Shown here piece by piece: positions 20,038 to 29,290 of a stretch of DNA of 64,000 nucleotides; position 1 is the stretch's first letter, and each line of letters opens with the position of its first letter. The position numbers and the translations under genes are program-made. The DNA is from a virus, in the IMG/VR virus record IMGVR_UViG_3300028840_002190. One strand, 5' to 3'. The notes under the pieces were generated by a model. That model ran no database searches and was not told the DNA's origin. It saw only the letters and a program-made list of their open reading frames with translations.

Positions 20038-21828
20038 TCACTCCTTGATCTTCTCGATGACGACACGGCTGAACACCTCATCCTCACCGAAGTCGTCTCC
20101 TGCTCCGTAATCGCCAAGCCCAAGACCATCTAGGGACTTGGACGTAATGCACCTGTGCTGTAGCTCGAACGTGTCGCTGGATTCTGTAACCTCGACCACT
20201 CCCTCCAACATCGAGTGTGTTCCGCTGTACCCTGTGAATCCTCCGTAGTTCCCTGCGAACGCCACCATGCCCACGATGGCCGTAGATGCTGTCCCGCTCG
20301 TCTTGCGGAGTCGCGTCATGTGCTTCTCGACTCCGTAGGCTTCCGCCCACGCCCGCACCTTGTACTTCCCGGTCTTGAGCGTGATGACGTTCCCGACGCG
20401 AGAGATGTTCGAGTTGGTGACGATCTGCTTCTCGGTCGTGTTGAGCGTGCGCGTGACCCAACTCCCAGAAGTAAACGTACCCCCGTCCGTCCCGGCGGTC
20501 TTCTGGTCAGCGTAGATAGCGAGCTGATCAGCGGGAGCCGATGCCGGGGTTTGCATCGTCAACCCGCCAGCACCATCCGATGTGGGCACCGTTCCAGAAT
20601 CCCCGCTCGTCGCCAAATTCTCGACGGTAATCTCATCCGCTCCACCATCCGAGTGTCGAGCCGCATGGTCTTCGTTGTGATGCTGGTTCGCCGTGACGCC
20701 ATTCAACTCGTCGTGGCTCGTGACCCCAGCGCCCTCCTCGGACATTTCAAACGGGTTGGTGATGAGCGCAAACGACGTTCCGTCTTCTTGGATAATGATG
20801 CGACCAATATAGACCGCGAAGTCTCTCAAATACGCCGGGGGTGTGGGGATTACCTCCTCCCCCGCCAAAGCCACGGAGTTCACGTTCGATGTGCCGTACT
20901 GCATGTGGAGGTGGCCGTCGAAATCCACGTACATGTAGCGCGTACCGTATTTATTATTGCCCAAATTCCCAAGGGCACTCCCGGTCCAGTACTGCTGATT
21001 GTCGATCTGCGACACACTACTCGAGTCCGGCGTAGTCGATGCGCTGCTGTTCCACACGTCGAAGTAGTCACTCCCGCTCGTGTCGAGAGCAGACAGCGAT
21101 TGCCGGTTGTGGGCGCAGTAGAAGACGCCAGCCGACATCGTGACGTTCCGCGTTCCGCTCTCTCCGAGCAGAAGCCCGCTCGCACGCTGCGGCCCGAACA
21201 CCTCGAAGTCCTTGAAGCAGTCTCGGGTGCGGTAATTAGCGAACCTCTGACCCACGTTGAAGATCCGAAGCTCGGTTCCGTACCTGTAGACGCGGCCAAT
21301 CACCACCTGGGTATCCAGGTTCAGGTTCATCACGTTATCGGTGACAGCAACCTGTGGCGATCCGCCGTTGTAGTCCATGTAGACCCAGTTAACCGCGTTC
21401 GCGTAGGGGAGTGCGACTCCTGACTCCCCAGAATAATCGTAGACCTCAATATCCCCGGAGTAGCTATTCGACGATTTGATAAACAGCTTTCCAGACGAAA
21501 TATCGACAGTAGTCGAACTCGCAAACGAGATAATAAAATCTACGTAAGGGTCCCCCGAAAGGCTCACGCCGTCTTGATGGTTCCTCCACTCACTGGAAGT
21601 AGTATCTATAAAGTCCTGGCCAGAAACTTTACGAATAGCTCCGTCACTCGCCCGAGCCATCAGGTAAAAGTCACCATCTGCCGGAGAACTCTCCGGAGTC
21701 ACTCCAGTGAGGTCAATAGCAATGGCCGAACCGGCCCCACCACTGAGGCCATCCCCTGCTACGTCACTATTGAGCTTCTCTTTGGTGACCGCAGAGTCAG
21801 CGATCCACTTGGTTTGAGTCTTAGACAA
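20038..21828 (-). CDS. Tail fibre/receptor-binding protein with C1q-like C-terminal domain
   Basis: TTG start with GAGGAG; HAARHSDGGADEI fibre motif; C-terminal ITLKTGKYKV...DTFELQHR. Confidence 0.65.
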   Translation of the reverse strand: MSKTQTKWIADSAVTKEKLNSDVAGDGLSGGAGSAIAIDLTGVTPESSPADGDFYLMARASDGAIRKVSGQDFIDTTSSEWRNHQDGVSLSGDPYVDFIISFASSTTVDISSGKLFIKSSNSYSGDIEVYDYSGESGVALPYANAVNWVYMDYNGGSPQVAVTDNVMNLNLDTQVVIGRVYRYGTELRIFNVGQRFANYRTRDCFKDFEVFGPQRASGLLLGESGTRNVTMSAGVFYCAHNRQSLSALDTSGSDYFDVWNSSASTTPDSSSVSQIDNQQYWTGSALGNLGNNKYGTRYMYVDFDGHLHMQYGTSNVNSVALAGEEVIPTPPAYLRDFAVYIGRIIIQEDGTSFALITNPFEMSEEGAGVTSHDELNGVTANQHHNEDHAARHSDGGADEITVENLATSGDSGTVPTSDGAGGLTMQTPASAPADQLAIYADQKTAGTDGGTFTSGSWVTRTLNTTEKQIVTNSNISRVGNVITLKTGKYKVRAWAEAYGVEKHMTRLRKTSGTASTAIVGMVAFAGNYGGFTGYSGTHSMLEGVVEVTESSDTFELQHRCITSKSLDGLGLGDYGAGDDFGEDEVFSRVVIEKIKE

Positions 21829-21897
21829 TTTGAACTCCTCGGCTTTTTGCCTGGGCCGCTACCCCAGGGTATATCCCACCAGGAGACTGTGCGAGAA

Positions 21898-23685
21898 CTA
21901 GTACGTGTAAATGACGATAACCGTATCGCCCGTATCGAAGTCCTCAGACAATCCGGTCGCAACCACGTTCTTGAAGTGGAATTGATTGCTATTCAGAATA
22001 TCGAAATCAGGAGTGACTCCCGTCCCGTCCAGGGCCTGCTTATTGACCTGGATCTTACCATTATTCGGATACGCAGCCACGTTACGCGCACTAGCCGGAG
22101 TGTTGGAGAGCGTGAAGTACCCCGCGGTGGTCTCTCCAGCAGTGATAGTGTGCATCTCCTGGTAACGCTGCTCCGTACTGATACTACCAATCAGATTGGT
22201 GTAGGTGATCTTCTCGACACGCCCGTCAGTCTGGTCATAAATGGCCAGGAGGTCCGTCCCTGCAGGAGTGGTCTCCTCATTTGTCAGGCCGTTGATGTCG
22301 AGAGCCAGAGCTCCCCCAGCTTCCTGCTGGATGCCCTCACCCGCAGTATCCGAATTGAGCTTAGCCGCGGTGATACCATCATCAACCACCTCGAGCTGTC
22401 CTGACAAATTCTCATCGATGGTGGAAGTGTCCACCTTGACCGCGACACCGTTGGACGAGACATTGATGACCTTCGCGAGATTCGCGCCACCCGTGGCATC
22501 CGCCTGGACATCGAGGTCGGATCCGTTACCTCCAGTGAGGCCGTCACCTGCTACGTCCGATCCCAACTTGGCAGCAGTAACCGACGTCGCGGCAAGCTTT
22601 GCAGTGCTGATCCCAAGGTCCTTCACCTGAACCTGCTCAGACACCCCATCCACTTCCACGGTAGAGTTATCGACCGCAACCGCGATGTCGTTAGCGGTCC
22701 GGTTGATACCTCCGAGGTCTCCCGTAGTACCGTCACCAACACGGATCGTGTTGCCATCCTTGGTAAGGCCCACACCCGCATCAATCTGGCCCGTACCAGT
22801 GAACTGCTCAAACGTCAGGGCATCCGTGTCAATCACGTCGTTGGGAGGATCCGTGATACACACCCAGCCCGTATCGCCGTAGTTCGTACCCGAGTTAACC
22901 CAGATACGTGCACCCGCAGCGTGCTCACCTGTCAGGAAATTGTCGGGACGAGACCACGCCCCTGTGGTGTCCACTTCCCAGACGCCGTTCTCAGACCCGG
23001 TGCTCTGATTGGTGAGGAGGATCTTGTCCCCCGTAGCCCATGTCGAAACCCCGTCCACCGTTCCTGGGTTGCCACTAAGGGTCAGGTTCGAAGTAGAGAG
23101 CGCTTTCGCAGTACCTCGAGGGAACATCCCCTGGAGTGCGGTATCCAAGAATGCCTTGGTAACTGCGTGAGAGTCATTGACGGGGGTAGGGACACTAACT
23201 CCAGTCCCGCCAGAAAAGTCATGTGACCCCGTCCAGGTGTAGTCGTCAGTCTCATCGATGTGGGTTGCGTCAATACCGTCAGCCTTGACCGCCAACTGGC
23301 TTGAACCGTTCGCCTCAAGAGTAGCGTCATCGACTTTGACGGCAACACCATTAGCCGAAACGTTAATCGCGGTAGCAAGGTTTGCTCCGCCGGTAGTATC
23401 GGCCTGAACATCTAAGTCCGCGCCAGCACCGCCAGTCAAGCCGTCTCCCGCAACGTCCGAACCGAGTTTAGCGGCAGTCACCGCCTGCGCTGCCAAGTGG
23501 GACGTGTCAACACCGAGAGCCTTAATCTGGAGGGTATCCGTAGCCACCTCCAGAGTAGCGCCGTCTGCATTGATCTCGAGTTCACCACCCGTAGCTTGCG
23601 TTAAACCAGGACCTGCTACGTCAGCGTTGAGCTTTTCCTTGGTGACCGCATCATCCTGAATCCACTTGGTCGCAATTTTCGACAT
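21898..23685 (-). CDS. Tail fibre shaft protein with VTAAKL/DVAGDGL repeats
   Basis: Two ~55-aa internal repeats, short VTAAKL repeats, DAVTKAFLD and LSGNPGTVDGV fibre motifs. Confidence 0.7.
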   Translation of the reverse strand: MSKIATKWIQDDAVTKEKLNADVAGPGLTQATGGELEINADGATLEVATDTLQIKALGVDTSHLAAQAVTAAKLGSDVAGDGLTGGAGADLDVQADTTGGANLATAINVSANGVAVKVDDATLEANGSSQLAVKADGIDATHIDETDDYTWTGSHDFSGGTGVSVPTPVNDSHAVTKAFLDTALQGMFPRGTAKALSTSNLTLSGNPGTVDGVSTWATGDKILLTNQSTGSENGVWEVDTTGAWSRPDNFLTGEHAAGARIWVNSGTNYGDTGWVCITDPPNDVIDTDALTFEQFTGTGQIDAGVGLTKDGNTIRVGDGTTGDLGGINRTANDIAVAVDNSTVEVDGVSEQVQVKDLGISTAKLAATSVTAAKLGSDVAGDGLTGGNGSDLDVQADATGGANLAKVINVSSNGVAVKVDTSTIDENLSGQLEVVDDGITAAKLNSDTAGEGIQQEAGGALALDINGLTNEETTPAGTDLLAIYDQTDGRVEKITYTNLIGSISTEQRYQEMHTITAGETTAGYFTLSNTPASARNVAAYPNNGKIQVNKQALDGTGVTPDFDILNSNQFHFKNVVATGLSEDFDTGDTVIVIYTY

Positions 23686-23703
23686 GACCGTCTACTCCTC
23701 CGT

Positions 23704-24357
23704 CTAGGCCGACGCTGGGTATGTTGCTCGAACAACGTCTCCAGAAGTCAAATCAGAGTCGATTCCTGTTCCTGGATTCGACCCACCGCTGAACGATCCG
23801 CCCCCTGGAGCGGTGCTACCGTTACCTATACAAATGTAGTACCCTGGAGCCGATCCTCCAACCACTTCTCTCACAGTGTAATCCGAACCGTATCGTTGTA
23901 CACTACCTGTGACGACATAGAGATTGACGTCTTCTTCAGCTCGAGGGTCCTCCGCAAGCGGTCCAATAACCTTGTTCACAGTGTCCGTGTAACTGAGCTG
24001 GTCGACCTCATAGTCCCCCTCCCCGCCTGTCGGAACCGTCCAGTTTCCGTCACCGTCTAAGTACTCGTCCGGATTGCCACTCAACGCAGGCATGAACCCA
24101 GGAGACGAAGTCGAAGCTTCGAAGTGCGTGTGGTACGTCGCAAACGGAAGAGTCAAGATGATGTTTCCGTCATCGTCCTTGAGGGTAATCGTCCCCGCGG
24201 TAATCTCAGCTTGAAGATCCCCAGACCGCTGAATCTCGTCTTCAGTGTACTCCGTAGTAAGGGGGTAGTCCGTAACCGGATGCGTAAAGGTACGCGCACC
24301 AAGGTCGGCAATAGTCACCGTAGGTGCCGAGCCTGTAGTAGTCAAGTACACAGCCAT
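23704..24357 (-). CDS. Tail-associated structural protein
   Basis: 217 aa, G/T/S/D-rich, inside the fibre cluster, GGAG RBS. Confidence 0.55.
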   Translation of the reverse strand: MAVYLTTTGSAPTVTIADLGARTFTHPVTDYPLTTEYTEDEIQRSGDLQAEITAGTITLKDDDGNIILTLPFATYHTHFEASTSSPGFMPALSGNPDEYLDGDGNWTVPTGGEGDYEVDQLSYTDTVNKVIGPLAEDPRAEEDVNLYVVTGSVQRYGSDYTVREVVGGSAPGYYICIGNGSTAPGGGSFSGGSNPGTGIDSDLTSGDVVRATYPASA

Positions 24358-24369
24358 GGCGTCACCCTA

Positions 24370-24894
24370 TCATGAAGGCGGAAGCCCCCTACTTCGGTAC
24401 ACAGGCTTCAAAAACACTGTGACGTATGGGTAAGGGACACCCGTACCGTTGCAATACACCTGCAACTCATCCCCCGCATCGATATCCACAGGGGCACTGA
24501 AAACTTCGTATTCTTTTCGAGAACTAGAAAACGTCAGGGACGCCAGAACCGTTGCCGTTCCATTTCGACGAACCTCGGCAACCCAAGACGCATTCGTCTC
24601 ACACGCGGCACTCATTCCGATAATCTGAGCATCCAGGGGTACCACGAAGCCAGATAGGTTAGCGGGAACTCCTCCCGCACCTTGCAAGTAGACATCCGTA
24701 ACGGTCCCTGAATTTCTACCCATGCAAAACGCTACGATATCGTCCAGCCGTCCCGTCGGAGGAGTAGCCTTACCTCCGTGATGATACCGGAGGAGTGCGT
24801 GACTCGGGTTAGCCGCAAGGTGACTCTCGAGATCCGCCTCTTCAATCCACGCCTTACACGCAGCGCAGTAAACTGAACGTTCTAATCCTGCCAT
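24370..24894 (-). CDS. Structural protein with an N-terminal CxxC...H...H Zn-finger-like segment and a beta-sandwich
   Basis: YCAACKAW...SHLAANPSH; C-terminal VDIDAGDELQVY. Confidence 0.55.
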   Translation of the reverse strand: MAGLERSVYCAACKAWIEEADLESHLAANPSHALLRYHHGGKATPPTGRLDDIVAFCMGRNSGTVTDVYLQGAGGVPANLSGFVVPLDAQIIGMSAACETNASWVAEVRRNGTATVLASLTFSSSRKEYEVFSAPVDIDAGDELQVYCNGTGVPYPYVTVFLKPVYRSRGLPPS

Positions 24895-24905
24895 AACGTA
24901 GACTC

Positions 24906-27900
24906 CTACTCCACGCGCTCAACCCATCCGAGCGTAGCGGTGTCTTCTACAAAAATGGGTGCAGGACCAGTAGCCGCACTAGCCACCCACACCCCCAACT
25001 CGAGGATGTCTCCTGCGTTAAGGTACCCGTCAAACCCTATGAGAACACCCGTAGCAGGTGTAGGGGACCCGGCACTCCCCGAAGCCACGTCGATGTATGA
25101 TGTAGACGCCACAACCGGAGCTAAATTGCGCCAACCTCCCATCCCGATAGTGTTGTTAAACAGCACCTGGGCGTTCCAAACATTGACACTAAACGTAACT
25201 TTATAGCGCCCACTCCGTCGAATCAGAATCTGCGACGGGGGACCGCCTCCAGCGGGGTGTTGGAAATCACCATCGGAAACTAAGGCTGGGAGACCACTAA
25301 CCCACGGAACCATCCAAGCGGTACCAACAGAAACATGTCCCCCCGCAATCAGGTTATACCCCGGAGCCGGAGCACCACTATTCGCCGCCACCTGAATACG
25401 GGACGGCGCCTCATCCACCATCACCTCGGGGTAAGAGGTGACGTTGTCTACCGTAAACGGTACCGGCCCGTTCTTCTCGGATTCTAGGATAGAGCGGTAA
25501 CTCACAGCGTCAAACGAAGGGCCGTAGGGTTCGGACCCTGTGACGCCATCCCACCCAAAAGCGTAACCTAGAGGGTTATCCCCTAGCCTGCAGTCTCTGA
25601 AAATGGGGCGCCCATCCGACTGCGGGTTGGCGCACCCAATATATCCATCGAGGATCGGAGCTAAAGTCGCGTCATACGTACGACTAATGGTTTCGATACG
25701 GCAATCCTGGAACCCCGACAAATACGCGTTAGCCAGAATCGAGTATATGTAACTCTTCTTCGCGGAGATGTAGATTTCATTGTATTCCCCCGGAATCAGA
25801 GGTTCTTTTTCAGAAGCTACGAACCCTCGCAACGGCGGATTGAACCCGCCTATGAAAGTGCGATCCAAGTCCAAGAACATCCTACCCGTAGCATCTGAAG
25901 TAGCCGGGCCTGCGCCGCCACTAGGCAGATTGGATACGCCAGTAGTCGAGACACCATCCAAAATCAAACGGTGCCCTCCAGACCACGCACCTCCGGCCCC
26001 TCCCGGGTTGGTATTCTGAGCTGAAATTCCGCCTACCAGAAGAAGCGACGGGATGTTCAATCCCGAAGGAGGTACCAGCTCGTAAGACCGCGCACGCGTA
26101 CCGATCACGCGCCCATCGATATGTAACTCAGGGAAGTAGTCAGTAGGGACAAGTCCGCAGGCAGGCCACCACGAAGGATCCAGCAGCCACTGAATCGGCT
26201 GTTGAATAAGAGTGTCTCTCCCTGTAATCGTAACTTTCTGTCTCGGAGGCGGGATGATGGGGCCCGCACTCGCGTCTACTCCCGGGGACATGATGAACTC
26301 GTACGGAGTAGTAAACTCCGCCGGGTTCACAGTCGTCGTGATGGTCGAGCACGCATGCTGCAACGTCTGATACGGGTTGTTGCGCGTACCGTTACCTGAC
26401 ACGTCACTACCATTTACAGGGTCGACATGGATACGCCCGAGGCCCGTAGGCCCTGCACCAAGGGACATCGAATCGATGCGCGCTAAAACATCACTCAAAA
26501 TGGGGAGAGCGTTAGGGGGGCCCAAGTTGTTAACGAAGCCACTGGCGTCAACGTCAATCCCAGTGTCCATTTCCGAGAAGTTGTACCCTCGGTTGCTGGG
26601 GGAATCTCCCGACATGTTGGTGAACGTCCCGCCACCTGCTAACGCATTCCACGTATACGAGTCAAACCAGACTGCAGGCGCCAGGGGAGCCGCGGCGTCT
26701 GTACCGTCGTGTCCCGCTTTCAAAGTGCGCAGCGTAGACTTCTGGAATCCCGGACCCTCACCAGAAACGTAGCCAGATAGAGGGTTTCCGGCCCAGTCCA
26801 CGGTGTTGTCGATATTGCCGAAGGAGGAATCCTGGATACTGCAGAGGTGGATAGACCCGTACAGACTACCAAGATCACAGTTGTCTGCGTAAATCGAGAT
26901 GAGGTTGGGCAGGAAGTCCACCCCCGTAATTGCTTCACGTTCCCCGAAAATACCTTCAGAAGGCCCCGAACGAATAACCGCAGAATGGTCGAAAAAGCAT
27001 GTTAGAGGCCCTGTAGCAGCCGCCGGAGTCGCCGTACCACTTGCGCGATTCCAAATCCCCCCATCCGACCAATAAGTCCCCTTAGCGTGCAAGAACTTAT
27101 TGGCCACCATCGGATTTCCGCCGCCCGGATTCGAATTCTGAACCTGCAAAATGCCCCGGTGCCAGAGGAAGGCCCCTCCCTCTCCCGGGTAGTCCGCCAC
27201 TCCAGGAGCGTACATCACCAGAGCCGCGTAATTAGCCGATGGCGCTCCAAACGCCGCCCACCAATCGGGATCAACATCCCAGTCAATATCGCCCTGGATC
27301 GCAGCACCCCCCGGAGCTTCGATCACGTAGAGAGCTCTTTTACCTGGTAAACCTACCTTCCCAGGGTAGACACCCGGGTTCAGAACAAAGTGCCACGGGA
27401 GATAGAAGTCTAGTGTGCTAGTAGGATCCGGAACCTGATTCGCAGCGTGTTGTAACGTCTTGTAAGGATTATTGAATTCTCCCGTACCAAGGACGTCATC
27501 TCCGTTGTGCTCATCCACATAGACGTAATTTTTAGGCGTTAGAACCGAAGAACTTCCGCCAATGTTCTGCTCGACCCACCAGAGATATTCATGGATTTTC
27601 TCTTCCCAACCTCGAATCCCCGTGTTGGGAGGTTGGCTGTTATCCTGGTTGGTTTCCGAAAGAGCAGGAAACGCTTTTCCGCTGATCGGCCACTTAAGGT
27701 AGACCGCACGAACAGAGACGTCCTCGGTAGCTAGGCCTTCATCCACGGTAAGGCGCACAAGGTACCCGCCGTAATTCATGCCGAAGTTAGCGGTGGGGTT
27801 GTGGATCGCCGGATCCGAAAACGCCACTGTCACCCCAGGGGGCTGCGACAAGAACTCCCATTTGTACGTTGTGTGGTTCGGCGGAGGGAACTGTGCCGTG

Positions 27901-27998
27901 AACTGAACCGCAGCACCTCCTGGAATGATGTCCTGACGGGACTGATCGGGTACTCCAGGAGGAAGCGTTGCTTGGTCAATTGTGAAAATTGCTGGCAT
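24906..27998 (-). CDS. Large tailspike/RBP-like protein: PKD-like N-terminus, two tandem DUF1565-like/beta-helix modules, C1q-like C-terminus
   Basis: YKWEF...YLVRLTV; YVDEHNGDD...NPYKTLQHA and HVDPVNGSD...NPYQTLQHA; IRRSGRYKVTFSV. Confidence 0.65.
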   Translation of the reverse strand: MPAIFTIDQATLPPGVPDQSRQDIIPGGAAVQFTAQFPPPNHTTYKWEFLSQPPGVTVAFSDPAIHNPTANFGMNYGGYLVRLTVDEGLATEDVSVRAVYLKWPISGKAFPALSETNQDNSQPPNTGIRGWEEKIHEYLWWVEQNIGGSSSVLTPKNYVYVDEHNGDDVLGTGEFNNPYKTLQHAANQVPDPTSTLDFYLPWHFVLNPGVYPGKVGLPGKRALYVIEAPGGAAIQGDIDWDVDPDWWAAFGAPSANYAALVMYAPGVADYPGEGGAFLWHRGILQVQNSNPGGGNPMVANKFLHAKGTYWSDGGIWNRASGTATPAAATGPLTCFFDHSAVIRSGPSEGIFGEREAITGVDFLPNLISIYADNCDLGSLYGSIHLCSIQDSSFGNIDNTVDWAGNPLSGYVSGEGPGFQKSTLRTLKAGHDGTDAAAPLAPAVWFDSYTWNALAGGGTFTNMSGDSPSNRGYNFSEMDTGIDVDASGFVNNLGPPNALPILSDVLARIDSMSLGAGPTGLGRIHVDPVNGSDVSGNGTRNNPYQTLQHACSTITTTVNPAEFTTPYEFIMSPGVDASAGPIIPPPRQKVTITGRDTLIQQPIQWLLDPSWWPACGLVPTDYFPELHIDGRVIGTRARSYELVPPSGLNIPSLLLVGGISAQNTNPGGAGGAWSGGHRLILDGVSTTGVSNLPSGGAGPATSDATGRMFLDLDRTFIGGFNPPLRGFVASEKEPLIPGEYNEIYISAKKSYIYSILANAYLSGFQDCRIETISRTYDATLAPILDGYIGCANPQSDGRPIFRDCRLGDNPLGYAFGWDGVTGSEPYGPSFDAVSYRSILESEKNGPVPFTVDNVTSYPEVMVDEAPSRIQVAANSGAPAPGYNLIAGGHVSVGTAWMVPWVSGLPALVSDGDFQHPAGGGPPSQILIRRSGRYKVTFSVNVWNAQVLFNNTIGMGGWRNLAPVVASTSYIDVASGSAGSPTPATGVLIGFDGYLNAGDILELGVWVASAATGPAPIFVEDTATLGWVERVE

Positions 27999-28013
27999 CT
28001 TTACGGCCCTTCA

Positions 28014-29060
28014 CTAAATCGCAGGTGTCTCCGTAGCGAACTCATCACCCGGGTCACTGAATGGAGGGTCTCCTTGGGCGTTCTGGGACTCTCCCTGATC
28101 CCAAGACGGAACTGTTTCCGTACCTGAAGGTGGACCCGGAGGTTGATTTGTCTGCTCAGGGTCCAAAGCGTCGGGCATGTACGTCGTACCGCCTCCGGTG
28201 GGATCATAGTTTTCAGTCTGGGAAACCACCGGCTCGTCCTCGCTCACCCCCTCCGGACCTCCAGCTGGAGAATCCACGTACGTATTTGTAGCTGCAGCGT
28301 TATTCGCTCCACTATCATCCGTATGGTAACCTTCGGGAGCAAAATGCTTCTCATTCACCAGATCTGTCGGTAACCCTTCGGCCCCGTAAATGATGTTCAC
28401 ACTCTTGACCAGGAGTGAGAAGTCAAACTTGACCGACATCTCCCGACCTGCCTGCAGGGCATAGCGAAAATCCACCATCGCGCCCTGTACGATCAACGAA
28501 TCGTACTTCAAGTATAGGACGAGTCCTCTACGCGCTAACTGCGTCCCTCTCGCCAAGTCCCGGAAGATGCGAAGCATGCGCATCGTCCAATCATCTTGGT
28601 AGGTGTTGTAAAGCGTCCCCGTGTAGGTAAACATCGGAGCTTGGGACCCAAAAAAGAAAGCGACATAGTTATCCGATAGAGTCTCGCAGACCTGCACCTT
28701 CTCGTTGAATTGGTGGTTCACCTGTTGGAGGATGAAATCCAAGTAGCCGACACCGCCCTTGCCCGCATCGTCTCCGGTCAGGTAGGTCGCAATCGTACGT
28801 GTATCCGGGTCGTCCAATTCAGCCAAAAACTTATCGTACGAGCCTGGGGGGATGCGGATAAACATCCGCGCCATCGTGTCAGTGTAGTCCCCTTTACGCG
28901 CTGTATGTCTCGACCACTTTTCAGTGAACGTAGGGAACGACGAAAACGTACCGATGGACATCGGATCACGTCCCTCACGACGGTTAACCAAAACGGCATC
29001 CTGCCAGACAGGGAGTAGAACCGAACGATCAAGCGGGACGATGGCTGTGGGCTTTCCCAT
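28014..29060 (-). CDS. Putative tail-tube initiator/baseplate protein with acidic tail
   Basis: Position just after the tape measure; VAFFFGSQAPMFTYTGTL beta pattern. Confidence 0.45.
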   Translation of the reverse strand: MGKPTAIVPLDRSVLLPVWQDAVLVNRREGRDPMSIGTFSSFPTFTEKWSRHTARKGDYTDTMARMFIRIPPGSYDKFLAELDDPDTRTIATYLTGDDAGKGGVGYLDFILQQVNHQFNEKVQVCETLSDNYVAFFFGSQAPMFTYTGTLYNTYQDDWTMRMLRIFRDLARGTQLARRGLVLYLKYDSLIVQGAMVDFRYALQAGREMSVKFDFSLLVKSVNIIYGAEGLPTDLVNEKHFAPEGYHTDDSGANNAAATNTYVDSPAGGPEGVSEDEPVVSQTENYDPTGGGTTYMPDALDPEQTNQPPGPPSGTETVPSWDQGESQNAQGDPPFSDPGDEFATETPAI

Positions 29061-29285
29061 CTACTGCCTCACGGGGAGCTGCTTATCAGCAACATAGTTA
29101 CGGAACGGTACAACACCAGTCTCGTTAACAACCATGTAAGCTCTCTGTACCAGGTTAGGCACCGTGAGCTTTGCTTCGTGACCGTTCCGCAAATTCGCCA
29201 CGATATTGTAGTTGGCCAAACGGAGCATATTCTCAGGCTTGGGCAACATGTACTGAATGCGGCGATTGATCACGGGGTTTGGCAT
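29061..29285 (-). CDS. Small hypothetical tail protein
   Basis: 74 aa with GAGG RBS, abutting the next gene. Confidence 0.55.
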   Translation of the reverse strand: MPNPVINRRIQYMLPKPENMLRLANYNIVANLRNGHEAKLTVPNLVQRAYMVVNETGVVPFRNYVADKQLPVRQ

Positions 29286-29290
29286 GGCCT

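Noticed and set aside
18744-21423. Long + strand ORFs 18744-19856 and 20215-21423 (also 62866-63558)
   Set aside because: Antisense shadows of real minus-strand genes in GC-rich patches; Arg/Val-rich with no RBS or motifs
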